Of a stretch of DNA of 64,000 nucleotides, positions 21,267 to 29,544 are shown piece after piece. How positions within the stretch are numbered: the stretch's first letter is position 1; every line of letters starts with the position of its first letter. The notes under the pieces were generated by a model. That model saw only the letters and a list, made by a program, of their open reading frames with translations. It was not told where the DNA came from and made no database searches. Source of the DNA: a virus (taxonomy: Duplodnaviria; Caudoviricetes); the IMG/VR virus record IMGVR_UViG_3300035498_000877, positions 128,001-192,000 of that record, one strand, 5' to 3'. The position numbers were made by a program, and so were the translations under genes.

Positions 21267-21572
21267 ATGTTTATGCGTGCAGGAATTAATAACATTATTA
21301 TGGAAGATGAAAGTGATATTTATAATTATATTACTAAAGGGATTCTTCCCTCTGGAAAGAACAGAGATATTTTGATTAACAAAATTGCAAGTGGAGAGTA
21401 TAATGATATTCTTGAAAATGCAGTTCAGACAAAAAAGAATGTAGAAGTGATTTGTAAAAATCGCAAGAAAAATACTATTGCGGCTATTATTGCAACAACA
21501 AGTGCATTTATATTAGGCACCAGTTATGGAACTAAGAAAACTGAACACAAACAGAAAAAGTTAGAAAAATGA
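21267..21572 (+). CDS. Small membrane-anchored hypothetical protein
   Basis: AAAGGAG RBS; C-terminal hydrophobic helix; ATATATTCT motif at 21212. Confidence 0.65.
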   Translation: MFMRAGINNIIMEDESDIYNYITKGILPSGKNRDILINKIASGEYNDILENAVQTKKNVEVICKNRKKNTIAAIIATTSAFILGTSYGTKKTEHKQKKLEK

Positions 21573-21578
21573 TAAAAA

Positions 21579-21609
21579 ATATAAGGGGGTAAGCACAACC
21601 CCCTTATAT
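21579..21609. terminator. Bidirectional terminator
   Basis: ATATAAGGGGGT-AAGCACA-ACCCCCTTATAT. Confidence 0.75.
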
Positions 21610-21840
21610 AATTTGACTGTATATAATAGCATACTAGAGTATACTAATTTTTTGGAAAATAAATGTTGTAATTTTCATGCAATATACTTTACTTTACACA
21701 TTTTATAGTTACATTATATCAGCTTCTTATAGCTCACATGTCTATCCTATCTGATACTTTCAATATGAAATTGTCGAAATTGTTTTGGATTTTGATTGGT
21801 CTTTTTAAGAATAATATAGTTGGGTTTATGAATACTAATC

Positions 21841-22404
21841 TTAAATTACTTTTCCATTTGCATCTTTACGAACTTTTGTCTGTAAGTAAGAAGGTACTGG
21901 ACTCTTAGCTCTAATCTGAACTGAATCCTTTGATGTAGTTGTCACTGTTCCCAATGACTCTTGGGTCTTTGGATCTCTAACCTTAGATGTTTTAGTCTTA
22001 CCAGGAACATCTGCAAGATAAATAGATCCACCAACTGTTGGCTGCTGTGGAAGATCAAACTTCTTACCACATTTAATCTGTTCCATAACTATGTATGGAA
22101 TAGCTTCAGAGATACCGCTTGTGACGATTTCTGCTGTATCGAGAACTGCTTCCTCAGACTTCTGTGGAAACTTAGCTTTCTCGATTGTCTTCTTGATATC
22201 AGATCTAATCAAATCTGATATTGATACTTCACCATTTTGTTGTCCATCCTTGCCGTATGTCTTGATCTTGAATGAAGTATCATTAGCTAATGCTGAAGTC
22301 AAATCTGAAAAACCAGACTTAGAGAATGATCCCTTGCCAGTCATTATGTCATTGATCTTGTCTTCACCTTTAGCCTTTGATAGTACATCGTTCACCATCT
22401 TCAT
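21841..22404 (-). CDS. HU/IHF-like DNA-binding protein (divergent)
   Basis: C-terminal half IKCGKKFDLP..GSIYL..VPGKTKTSKVRDPKTQE resembles the HU arm (L..G..V.l..fG.F......R.gRNP.TGE). Start re-assigned to ATG 22404 after AAGGAGG. Confidence 0.5.
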   Translation of the reverse strand: MKMVNDVLSKAKGEDKINDIMTGKGSFSKSGFSDLTSALANDTSFKIKTYGKDGQQNGEVSISDLIRSDIKKTIEKAKFPQKSEEAVLDTAEIVTSGISEAIPYIVMEQIKCGKKFDLPQQPTVGGSIYLADVPGKTKTSKVRDPKTQESLGTVTTTSKDSVQIRAKSPVPSYLQTKVRKDANGKVI

Positions 22405-22627
22405 GTCAATGGCCCTCCTTATTAAATTTTTAAAAATCTTATATGTCAGGATTTTTACAATATAAGTAGTATACAAAATACTTTTAATACTGGATCTATC
22501 CCGATATATTCAATGAAATAATATATAATTAAAAAACATATATGAGTTGAGGGAATCAACCCTCAACCCACATATGTTGTTCAAAGAAGGCGCTTTATAC
22601 AAAAATGAGTAACCGGCAAATTTATTA

Positions 22628-23062
22628 TCAAATATTGTTGTTACCTGTATTACCATTATTACTATTATTACCATTATGAATATGTGTAGACATTTCTATT
22701 ACAATCTCATATTCTCTAGTAATGTTAGCAATTTCAGAATTTATCCTATCGAATTTCTCTTTTAATTCTTTTGATTTCTTATAAAGCTCTTGATTTAAAG
22801 TCGTACCACTCAACTCTTCATAATTAGATAATAGTGTCATATTTGTTTCTAGTGTCAATATTATCATATCATATATGATATTCTCTCGTTCTTTTTCCTT
22901 ATCAGCAAGTTTTTGTTTTAAGTCTCTTTCTCTTTCAAGGAATGTCGTTTGTTCATCAATCTTATTAATTACGTTATCTTGTTTCTTTTGTATAAGAAGT
23001 GTTATAATGGAAAAAACACCTGTGATTATAGATATAATGACTGTTGATAAATATTTATCCAT
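22628..23062 (-). CDS. Single-TM coiled-coil protein (holin-like candidate)
   Basis: N-terminal TM (VIISIITGVFSIITLLI) followed by a long coiled coil. Confidence 0.55.
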   Translation of the reverse strand: MDKYLSTVIISIITGVFSIITLLIQKKQDNVINKIDEQTTFLERERDLKQKLADKEKERENIIYDMIILTLETNMTLLSNYEELSGTTLNQELYKKSKELKEKFDRINSEIANITREYEIVIEMSTHIHNGNNSNNGNTGNNNI

Positions 23063-23113
23063 CTTTATGCCCCCCCTATCAGAATCTAAATATTAATGAA
23101 TACAAATACTTAC

Positions 23114-23707
23114 CTAAATCCTTCGTATAGTATTATATGTTTTTAAAGTAGTCTTCTGATACTTTAATACTACCAAATTAAATAATGTAAATATCAATAT
23201 TAATATAATATACCCAATAAAACTTATTAGCCATAGATTAGTAACTTTATGGTATGGCAGCCATATTATAGCAATAGCATCCTCATCATAAACAGTAATA
23301 TGTTGAAAATATACAATTTGGTCAACATTACCATTCTCATATGTACAATAACCTCTATCATTATCCAGAAGTATATTATCAAGAATTTCAAAATCTTTTA
23401 TATCATTTGGAGAAATATTATAATCTTTTCCACATATCCTTGTAATCATATTGAAATCAGTTGAATATACTTCTGCCATCTTTGATATATTTGGATTATA
23501 TAGTTGCAATTGTTCAATTATTTGATTCTCTTCATCTTCATCCAATGTTGATGATGAATCAATAGGTAAACATAAATCTTTACTATCTTCCATCTGATTA
23601 ATTTTTTTATCGCAGATATTAATCATTAAAATTACAAATGCTGCAATTATGATGATTGATATTATTTCCGGATTAAATAATAATCGTTTGGCCTTCTCAA
23701 TTTTCAT
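23114..23707 (-). CDS. Two-TM membrane protein with extracytoplasmic domain
   Basis: TM near residues 15-31 and TM near 157-180 flank a ~125-aa soluble domain; AAGGGG RBS. Confidence 0.65.
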   Translation of the reverse strand: MKIEKAKRLLFNPEIISIIIIAAFVILMINICDKKINQMEDSKDLCLPIDSSSTLDEDEENQIIEQLQLYNPNISKMAEVYSTDFNMITRICGKDYNISPNDIKDFEILDNILLDNDRGYCTYENGNVDQIVYFQHITVYDEDAIAIIWLPYHKVTNLWLISFIGYIILILIFTLFNLVVLKYQKTTLKTYNTIRRI

Positions 23708-23807
23708 TTAATCATCCCCTTTTATATTAAAAAGAACTTAATATATTACTACCTTACTACATTGTTTGAGAAAAATAGGTGAGGTACTGTACCTCAACCT
23801 ATTAAAA

Positions 23808-24794
23808 TTATCTAGCATATAATCTATAGACAGCTTCAATTGCATCTCCTTCAGATAACTGGATAGATGGTCTAGTAAAATGCGTGAATATTCTGCATGC
23901 TTCCCACATATTTTTTGATGAATTATACCATCCAGATACAAGGGCAAATTCATTCACTCTAGGTGATGCCCCAGTAGTTGTAAAGAATCCTCTTCCATCA
24001 TGTTCATCAACAGATATATTCATTTCTACATATGATTCAATTGAATTAGATGATGTGGATGAGAATACTGTATCATCAACTACTGATAATTCATCTTCAT
24101 TATCAGTAACCCATGCATGTACAATATGCGGAGCTGGATCGTCAAATGTTTTAATATAATATGAAGTAACAGGATCAGTAGTAGCTGATGCTTGATATGT
24201 TGTACTTTGTCCAAAATATTTAGATGCATCTATAGTAGTTCCATCATTGGACATTCTAAAAGGTATAGCTCTATAAAGAGTTCTATTCTTATAATCAGGA
24301 GCTATAGCTGTCATATTATCTTCTTTTGCTGCTCCATCACCCATCATAAATCCAAAGATATAATTTAATGCTGATATATTAACTCCTTGATTTATTGAAA
24401 GAGTTCCATCAGTTGTAGAACATTCTGCATTATAGTAGATTGATTTATATTCCTCTCTAGGTACACCAATCTTCATCAATGGAGCTTCATCATTTAGATC
24501 TCCAACTCTTAAAGTTGTTTCCTCATCTAATCCAATATTGAATAGCTTATCAAATACAAATTGATATGCTCCAATTGGAACTATGTTATGATCCTTATAA
24601 TAAACTTCATCAAATTTGGTAATAAATGTTTTATTTCCAAATGGATCAGTATAAGGTACTAAGTGTTTACCTCTACCAAATATTACTTCACCTCTTAATC
24701 CACCCAATCCACCATGCTCTGATGCATGTACTTTATCTATCATCTGTATACGTTTAGTTTTAGATCTATTATTTGTGTATTTATTTTTTCTCAT
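23808..24794 (-). CDS. Probable virion structural protein
   Basis: 328 aa; HNIVPIGAYQF..LF, FMMGDG, IPFR, INEFAL-type motifs seen in jumbo-phage baseplate/tail proteins (from memory, not searched). Confidence 0.5.
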   Translation of the reverse strand: MRKNKYTNNRSKTKRIQMIDKVHASEHGGLGGLRGEVIFGRGKHLVPYTDPFGNKTFITKFDEVYYKDHNIVPIGAYQFVFDKLFNIGLDEETTLRVGDLNDEAPLMKIGVPREEYKSIYYNAECSTTDGTLSINQGVNISALNYIFGFMMGDGAAKEDNMTAIAPDYKNRTLYRAIPFRMSNDGTTIDASKYFGQSTTYQASATTDPVTSYYIKTFDDPAPHIVHAWVTDNEDELSVVDDTVFSSTSSNSIESYVEMNISVDEHDGRGFFTTTGASPRVNEFALVSGWYNSSKNMWEACRIFTHFTRPSIQLSEGDAIEAVYRLYAR

Positions 24795-24873
24795 GATATA
24801 TATTTCCTTTCTTTTTTCTGATTATTTGATTTACCCTCTAGTTAATAATAAAAATTATAAAGGAGAATTAAAT

Positions 24874-26193
24874 ATGTTATCTAATAATAGTCCCTTATCA
24901 GGTGCTAGCTTGTACTTATGTAAATATAAAGTTAATATGGTACTTATGCTAGGAGAAGATTATATTCAACTTGATAATTCAAATATATTAACAATAGAGT
25001 ACCTTAATGATTATGAATTCAATATACGTGCTGTTTTAAAAGTTGGTCTACGACTAGATATACGTAGAAAAATATGGATATTAAAAAATAAACGTTCTGT
25101 TACATGTAAATTTGAATTAACTGAATTTGGTATGGATAATGAGGAAGAGAATTCAATTACATGTGAACGCATTGTATGGAATAATGTATTTACAGCTTAC
25201 TTTAATGATGAGGAAGAAAGTACTGATACTGCTGTAATGGAAGCTCGTATTAATGCCAATGAAGGAGTTGGCAATGCTGAATCAGCTATTGATTCTGAAA
25301 ACCTCTATGAAACACAAAATACTCTTGATCTTTACTTATTTGATCCTGAATTACTTGATGCATCTAATAAGAAGTTTAATATAGTATTTAAGAAAGATAT
25401 ATTGCAACAATGTGTTGCTAGAGTATTAACAGCTACCAAACATAAAAAAGTATTAATGAGTCCATTTGAAAATGATGAAGTATATTCAGAATTATTGGTT
25501 CCTTATAATCCTGCATATAAAGTATTAATGTATCTAGATCAAAAATATGGATTCTATAAAACAGGAGCTATCATATATTATGATGTAGATAAATTATATA
25601 TATTAAACAGTAATGGCAAAGTAACCGCTAAAGAACAGGATGAATATACTCGTACTATTCTATATGCAGCACAGATAGATGCAGGTACCCCTGGTAATGG
25701 TATGTTTATTCGCAATGGGGAGATAACTAATTATTGCTCTATAAATGAGATGGATGTCAATACTGAGAATTTCTCATTATCTACGAACGAATCATCAGGT
25801 AGTGAAGCAAAGGTAGTTATATCTGATGATATAACTATTGATACTGCATCTGCAAATCAATCATATATGAGTCAACGTAATGAACGTATTGTATATGCTT
25901 CCAAAGATAGTAATAAATATATATCATCCATAACTAAAGCTAGAATGGAAGAGAATGAATGTGTTCTCTATGTAACTGCAAATAACCTTGATATCAATTC
26001 ATTCAAACCTAATAAAGAGTATCAAATTGTTTTTGATGAAACAACTAAGCAAGAACGTTATGGAAAATATTTCTACCGTCTAGCATATGCTTATCATTAT
26101 TTCAAACTTGAATCAGATCAATATTATTCATGCTCTAGTCAGATGTCATTCAAGAAACGATGTGACGATCCTGATTCAGAAACTACAGAATGA
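24874..26193 (+). CDS. Probable baseplate hub (T4 gp27-like) protein
   Basis: Start re-assigned to ATG 24874 after AAAGGAG. C-terminal FKPNKEYQIVF...YRLAYAYHYF resembles hub-protein C-termini. Confidence 0.45.
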   Translation: MLSNNSPLSGASLYLCKYKVNMVLMLGEDYIQLDNSNILTIEYLNDYEFNIRAVLKVGLRLDIRRKIWILKNKRSVTCKFELTEFGMDNEEENSITCERIVWNNVFTAYFNDEEESTDTAVMEARINANEGVGNAESAIDSENLYETQNTLDLYLFDPELLDASNKKFNIVFKKDILQQCVARVLTATKHKKVLMSPFENDEVYSELLVPYNPAYKVLMYLDQKYGFYKTGAIIYYDVDKLYILNSNGKVTAKEQDEYTRTILYAAQIDAGTPGNGMFIRNGEITNYCSINEMDVNTENFSLSTNESSGSEAKVVISDDITIDTASANQSYMSQRNERIVYASKDSNKYISSITKARMEENECVLYVTANNLDINSFKPNKEYQIVFDETTKQERYGKYFYRLAYAYHYFKLESDQYYSCSSQMSFKKRCDDPDSETTE

Positions 26194-27364
26194 TAGTTAG
26201 GTTCTGAGTAGCTCTAGTCATTGCGGTATAAAGTAGTCTTTTATAAATATCATAATCAACTTCTAATGTGTTATCAGTTAAGAGAGTTACTTTATCCCAA
26301 TGGCTAAGTCGAGCTAATTGCGGTGTTAATGCATATGCATATTCAGCTTGAACAAATTCATCAGGTATTATCTGCCTTGATTGTAAATCTAGATCATTTA
26401 AATAAAATCTATCAAGATATAAATCATCAAATATCTCATGGTAGAATTCTGCCTTAAACTCAAATGGTACATATCTAGTATTCAAAGCATGTTTATTTAT
26501 CCTATTTATGTTTCCAACTACTCCTCTAGCTAAATATACTTTTATTTTCTTCTCATCAGCATTAACTAATTTATGTTTATACATATTATTCATTATAATG
26601 ATTCTTTCATTATTAATGGTATAATAAGTTTTTTGTTTGAGTATTTTAGTTCTATAAATCATATTTGTTTTATCTCTCAATTCATCTGACATTGCTATTA
26701 CCATATCAGAAGATTTCAAATTAAATAGATTCATTTGTTTCTTTGGAACTACTGAAATATTATCATAGTTTCCATATTCAATCTTTTTATTATTTAATAC
26801 AAGATGAGAAAAATATACAAGTGGATTTTTTATATACTCTGGAGCTACCTCATTTAATTCAATATTCGGATCTTTCATATATAAAGTAGATAATTGATCA
26901 GGGATCAACATTGGATCTCTTACTAATATAATTGGAAGTCCTAATGATGATAAATCAGTTAATGTTTCCATTGGTACCAATAATGAATCTAATACTACTA
27001 TTAATTTATAATCTGGCCATACTTTCTTAATAGGTTTTTTCTTCCACTCATATTCCATTACAGAACTATTTGGATTTAATATTGGTAATGTATCATAATC
27101 GACTTTTCTACTATATCTATATAAGAATCCATTCAAATAATATGCATGATATTTTTTATATGCCAACTCTAATACTTTCTTTTGATTATATGATAAATAT
27201 ATAACTTCTCTAGGATCAAATCCAAATTTATCAAGAAACATTTGTAATAGATCCCATGTACCAGTACCAACAACTCCAGATATTTCTATGATCTGGTGAG
27301 ATTGTTTCTTGTACCATTTTTCCAATTTTGATAGACCATAATATTGGTCTGTTGTCATTGTCAT
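26183..27364 (-). CDS. RecD/Dda-like SF1B helicase homologue with degenerate ATPase motifs
   Basis: ISGVVGTGTW (Walker A lacks Lys), IVVLDSLLV (Walker B lacks DE), VRDP, YAYALT...WDKV, RLLYTAMTRA. Confidence 0.75.
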   Translation of the reverse strand: MTMTTDQYYGLSKLEKWYKKQSHQIIEISGVVGTGTWDLLQMFLDKFGFDPREVIYLSYNQKKVLELAYKKYHAYYLNGFLYRYSRKVDYDTLPILNPNSSVMEYEWKKKPIKKVWPDYKLIVVLDSLLVPMETLTDLSSLGLPIILVRDPMLIPDQLSTLYMKDPNIELNEVAPEYIKNPLVYFSHLVLNNKKIEYGNYDNISVVPKKQMNLFNLKSSDMVIAMSDELRDKTNMIYRTKILKQKTYYTINNERIIIMNNMYKHKLVNADEKKIKVYLARGVVGNINRINKHALNTRYVPFEFKAEFYHEIFDDLYLDRFYLNDLDLQSRQIIPDEFVQAEYAYALTPQLARLSHWDKVTLLTDNTLEVDYDIYKRLLYTAMTRATQNLTIIL

Positions 27365-27459
27365 TATAATTCCTCCTAGAATTTAATTTTTATAGATAGA
27401 AGTTCAATTATATATTTTATTTATGTAACTATAATATATTATATCTAAGGAGGATAAAC

Positions 27460-29010
27460 ATGAGTAAATTTTATGCAAGTATTGATGAGGTAATTAAAAA
27501 TCCGAGATTGAAAAATCTCAACAAAATTGATCCAAGTAAGTTGACTGTTTATAAATGCCAAGTTACAGCAATATCATTAGTCAGAGAACAGTTCAAAGTA
27601 TTAAAGAAAAAGAAGGGTAAAAGAGTAAGATGTGTCGACTATGATACATTTATAAAAATCACAGTCGGAGGACCAGATTTCATTCAGATGGATCTTTATA
27701 TCAGGGAAGCAAGTGATACTTCTATTATTAATTCTCAATTACCATTGGATACAATGCTAAATATCAGGGCTGAAGGTGTTGATGTAGATCTATTCCATAA
27801 GGCATATAAACATAAAGATGAGTCAGAGAATGCAAGGAAATATAGAGAATATTTCAATAAACATAATTTATCATCATATGATTTATTCAATTATTTCAAC
27901 AAATCAACACTTACTGATATTATCGGAACAGATGTGTCAATCGAAATCTTAGCTCAGTGCGGAGGAACCCCATATTATGTGATGATGTATTCTGACAGTT
28001 TTTATTATAATAATGGAGATAATGAAAATGCAGAATGCATCTTCAAAATAAAACCAACATATTACTCTTTTAGATTTAGAAATCAACATATGTTGGAGGA
28101 AATCGATTACTTTACTATTCAGGATAAAATATTATATAAGAGCAATGATTTGGATTATGACTTAACAATGGAAAAATATTTTGGGGTCGAAGATGAATTT
28201 GCAGGAGATACAATGTCAACTATACCTATTGATGATACTAATGATACTGAGCCATCTATATCTGTAGCTGATGATAGTACCAATGATTATGATTATATTC
28301 CATTAACAGCTTCTGAATCTAAAGAAGATTTATATAATGATATTGAAAAATCGATAGATACAGCAATGGCTGGAATCAAAGAGGAAAAATCAAAAGATAA
28401 CATTAAGTTAGAACCTAAAGAAATATCTAAAACATTACCAAAAAAGAAAGATGATAATGATTTAACTAAGTTAGATATTAAGTTTGATATTGATAATTTT
28501 CAAAATGAATCTAAAATTGAATTAAGCTATAAATCATATACTAATGAAAGTACGAATGGTATAATTTGTCAAGTTTTGGATTATCTAATCGAACAAGAAA
28601 GACTTAATCATCACGACAATCCTACAATTAATAAAACTGATTTCATTAATCAGTATAAGTTATATAATAATGGGGTATCAATGTCAAGAAATAGAGTAGA
28701 TCAGTTGTTTAAAGATTTTATTACAGTTGGATTTATATCTGGAGAATATGAAACTGATCGTAAAACTAAAATTAAATCATATCCATTAAATATAACATTT
28801 AATGGTGAGAAGATTGTAACAAAAAGTGTGGATGCAGGTATATATTTAAGTCAAATATTAAAATATGATATTTATTCTATTATTGATACAAATAGTGATA
28901 ATAATCTAGAACCTGGAAACTTAAATCTATATGTATCAGAAGAAAATAACACAGAAAATATTACAGAGAAAGAGGATGATAAAAATGAAGCTGGAGTATC
29001 AGACAATTGA
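27460..29010 (+). CDS. Hypothetical protein
   Basis: AAGGAGG RBS; 516 aa with an acidic linker and a possible C-terminal winged-helix-like segment. Confidence 0.7.
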   Translation: MSKFYASIDEVIKNPRLKNLNKIDPSKLTVYKCQVTAISLVREQFKVLKKKKGKRVRCVDYDTFIKITVGGPDFIQMDLYIREASDTSIINSQLPLDTMLNIRAEGVDVDLFHKAYKHKDESENARKYREYFNKHNLSSYDLFNYFNKSTLTDIIGTDVSIEILAQCGGTPYYVMMYSDSFYYNNGDNENAECIFKIKPTYYSFRFRNQHMLEEIDYFTIQDKILYKSNDLDYDLTMEKYFGVEDEFAGDTMSTIPIDDTNDTEPSISVADDSTNDYDYIPLTASESKEDLYNDIEKSIDTAMAGIKEEKSKDNIKLEPKEISKTLPKKKDDNDLTKLDIKFDIDNFQNESKIELSYKSYTNESTNGIICQVLDYLIEQERLNHHDNPTINKTDFINQYKLYNNGVSMSRNRVDQLFKDFITVGFISGEYETDRKTKIKSYPLNITFNGEKIVTKSVDAGIYLSQILKYDIYSIIDTNSDNNLEPGNLNLYVSEENNTENITEKEDDKNEAGVSDN

Positions 29011-29461
29011 TTATTCAGGAAAGATCGTAACACTTTGTGGTTCAAAGAAGTTTAATAAGTATTTTGATTTACTTAGAATGGATTTAACAATGAAAGGAAA
29101 TTTAGTATTCACACCAGAATTTGAATTTTCAGACTATGGTTATATACGAGAGATGGATGAAAATCAGATTAAAATTCTTCATGAAGTACATTATGCAAAG
29201 ATGAGAAAGTCTGATCGTATATTGATTGTAGCACCATTCAATTATGTTGGTGATGATACTGAAAGAGAAATTCGTTATGCTAAAATGATTGGTAAACCAA
29301 TTGATTATATCACATTTGAAGATTATGAACACAATGAATTTCATTCTAAACTGAATTTAGATCCACGTGATTTAGGAGATCCATATATTCCAGATAATAA
29401 TAAGATGAATTATATAAATCATCCAGATAGAATTATCAATTCATTGAATAATTTCTTCTAA
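28985..29461 (+). CDS. DUF4406 / nucleoside 2-deoxyribosyltransferase-like protein
   Basis: IVTLCGS.KF...GNLV..P...H..K...SD.I.IV...Y.G..T..EI.YA...GKPI pattern; start re-assigned to ATG 28985. Confidence 0.7.
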   Translation: MKLEYQTIDYSGKIVTLCGSKKFNKYFDLLRMDLTMKGNLVFTPEFEFSDYGYIREMDENQIKILHEVHYAKMRKSDRILIVAPFNYVGDDTEREIRYAKMIGKPIDYITFEDYEHNEFHSKLNLDPRDLGDPYIPDNNKMNYINHPDRIINSLNNFF

Positions 29462-29493
29462 AAGAAAGAGGGTTTAATAGCCCTCTTTTCTTT
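29461..29493 (+). terminator. Rho-independent terminator
   Basis: AAAGAAAGAGGGT...GCCCTCTTTTCTTT followed by a T run. Confidence 0.7.
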
Positions 29494-29544
29494 TTTATTT
29501 GTTTTTCTGAACGAGATGATAACATAGAAAAATAAATTACGGAG

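Noticed and set aside
28500-28760. FtsK-gamma-like winged helix in the 516-aa protein
   Set aside because: Resemblance is limited to one short helix pattern; too weak to assign.
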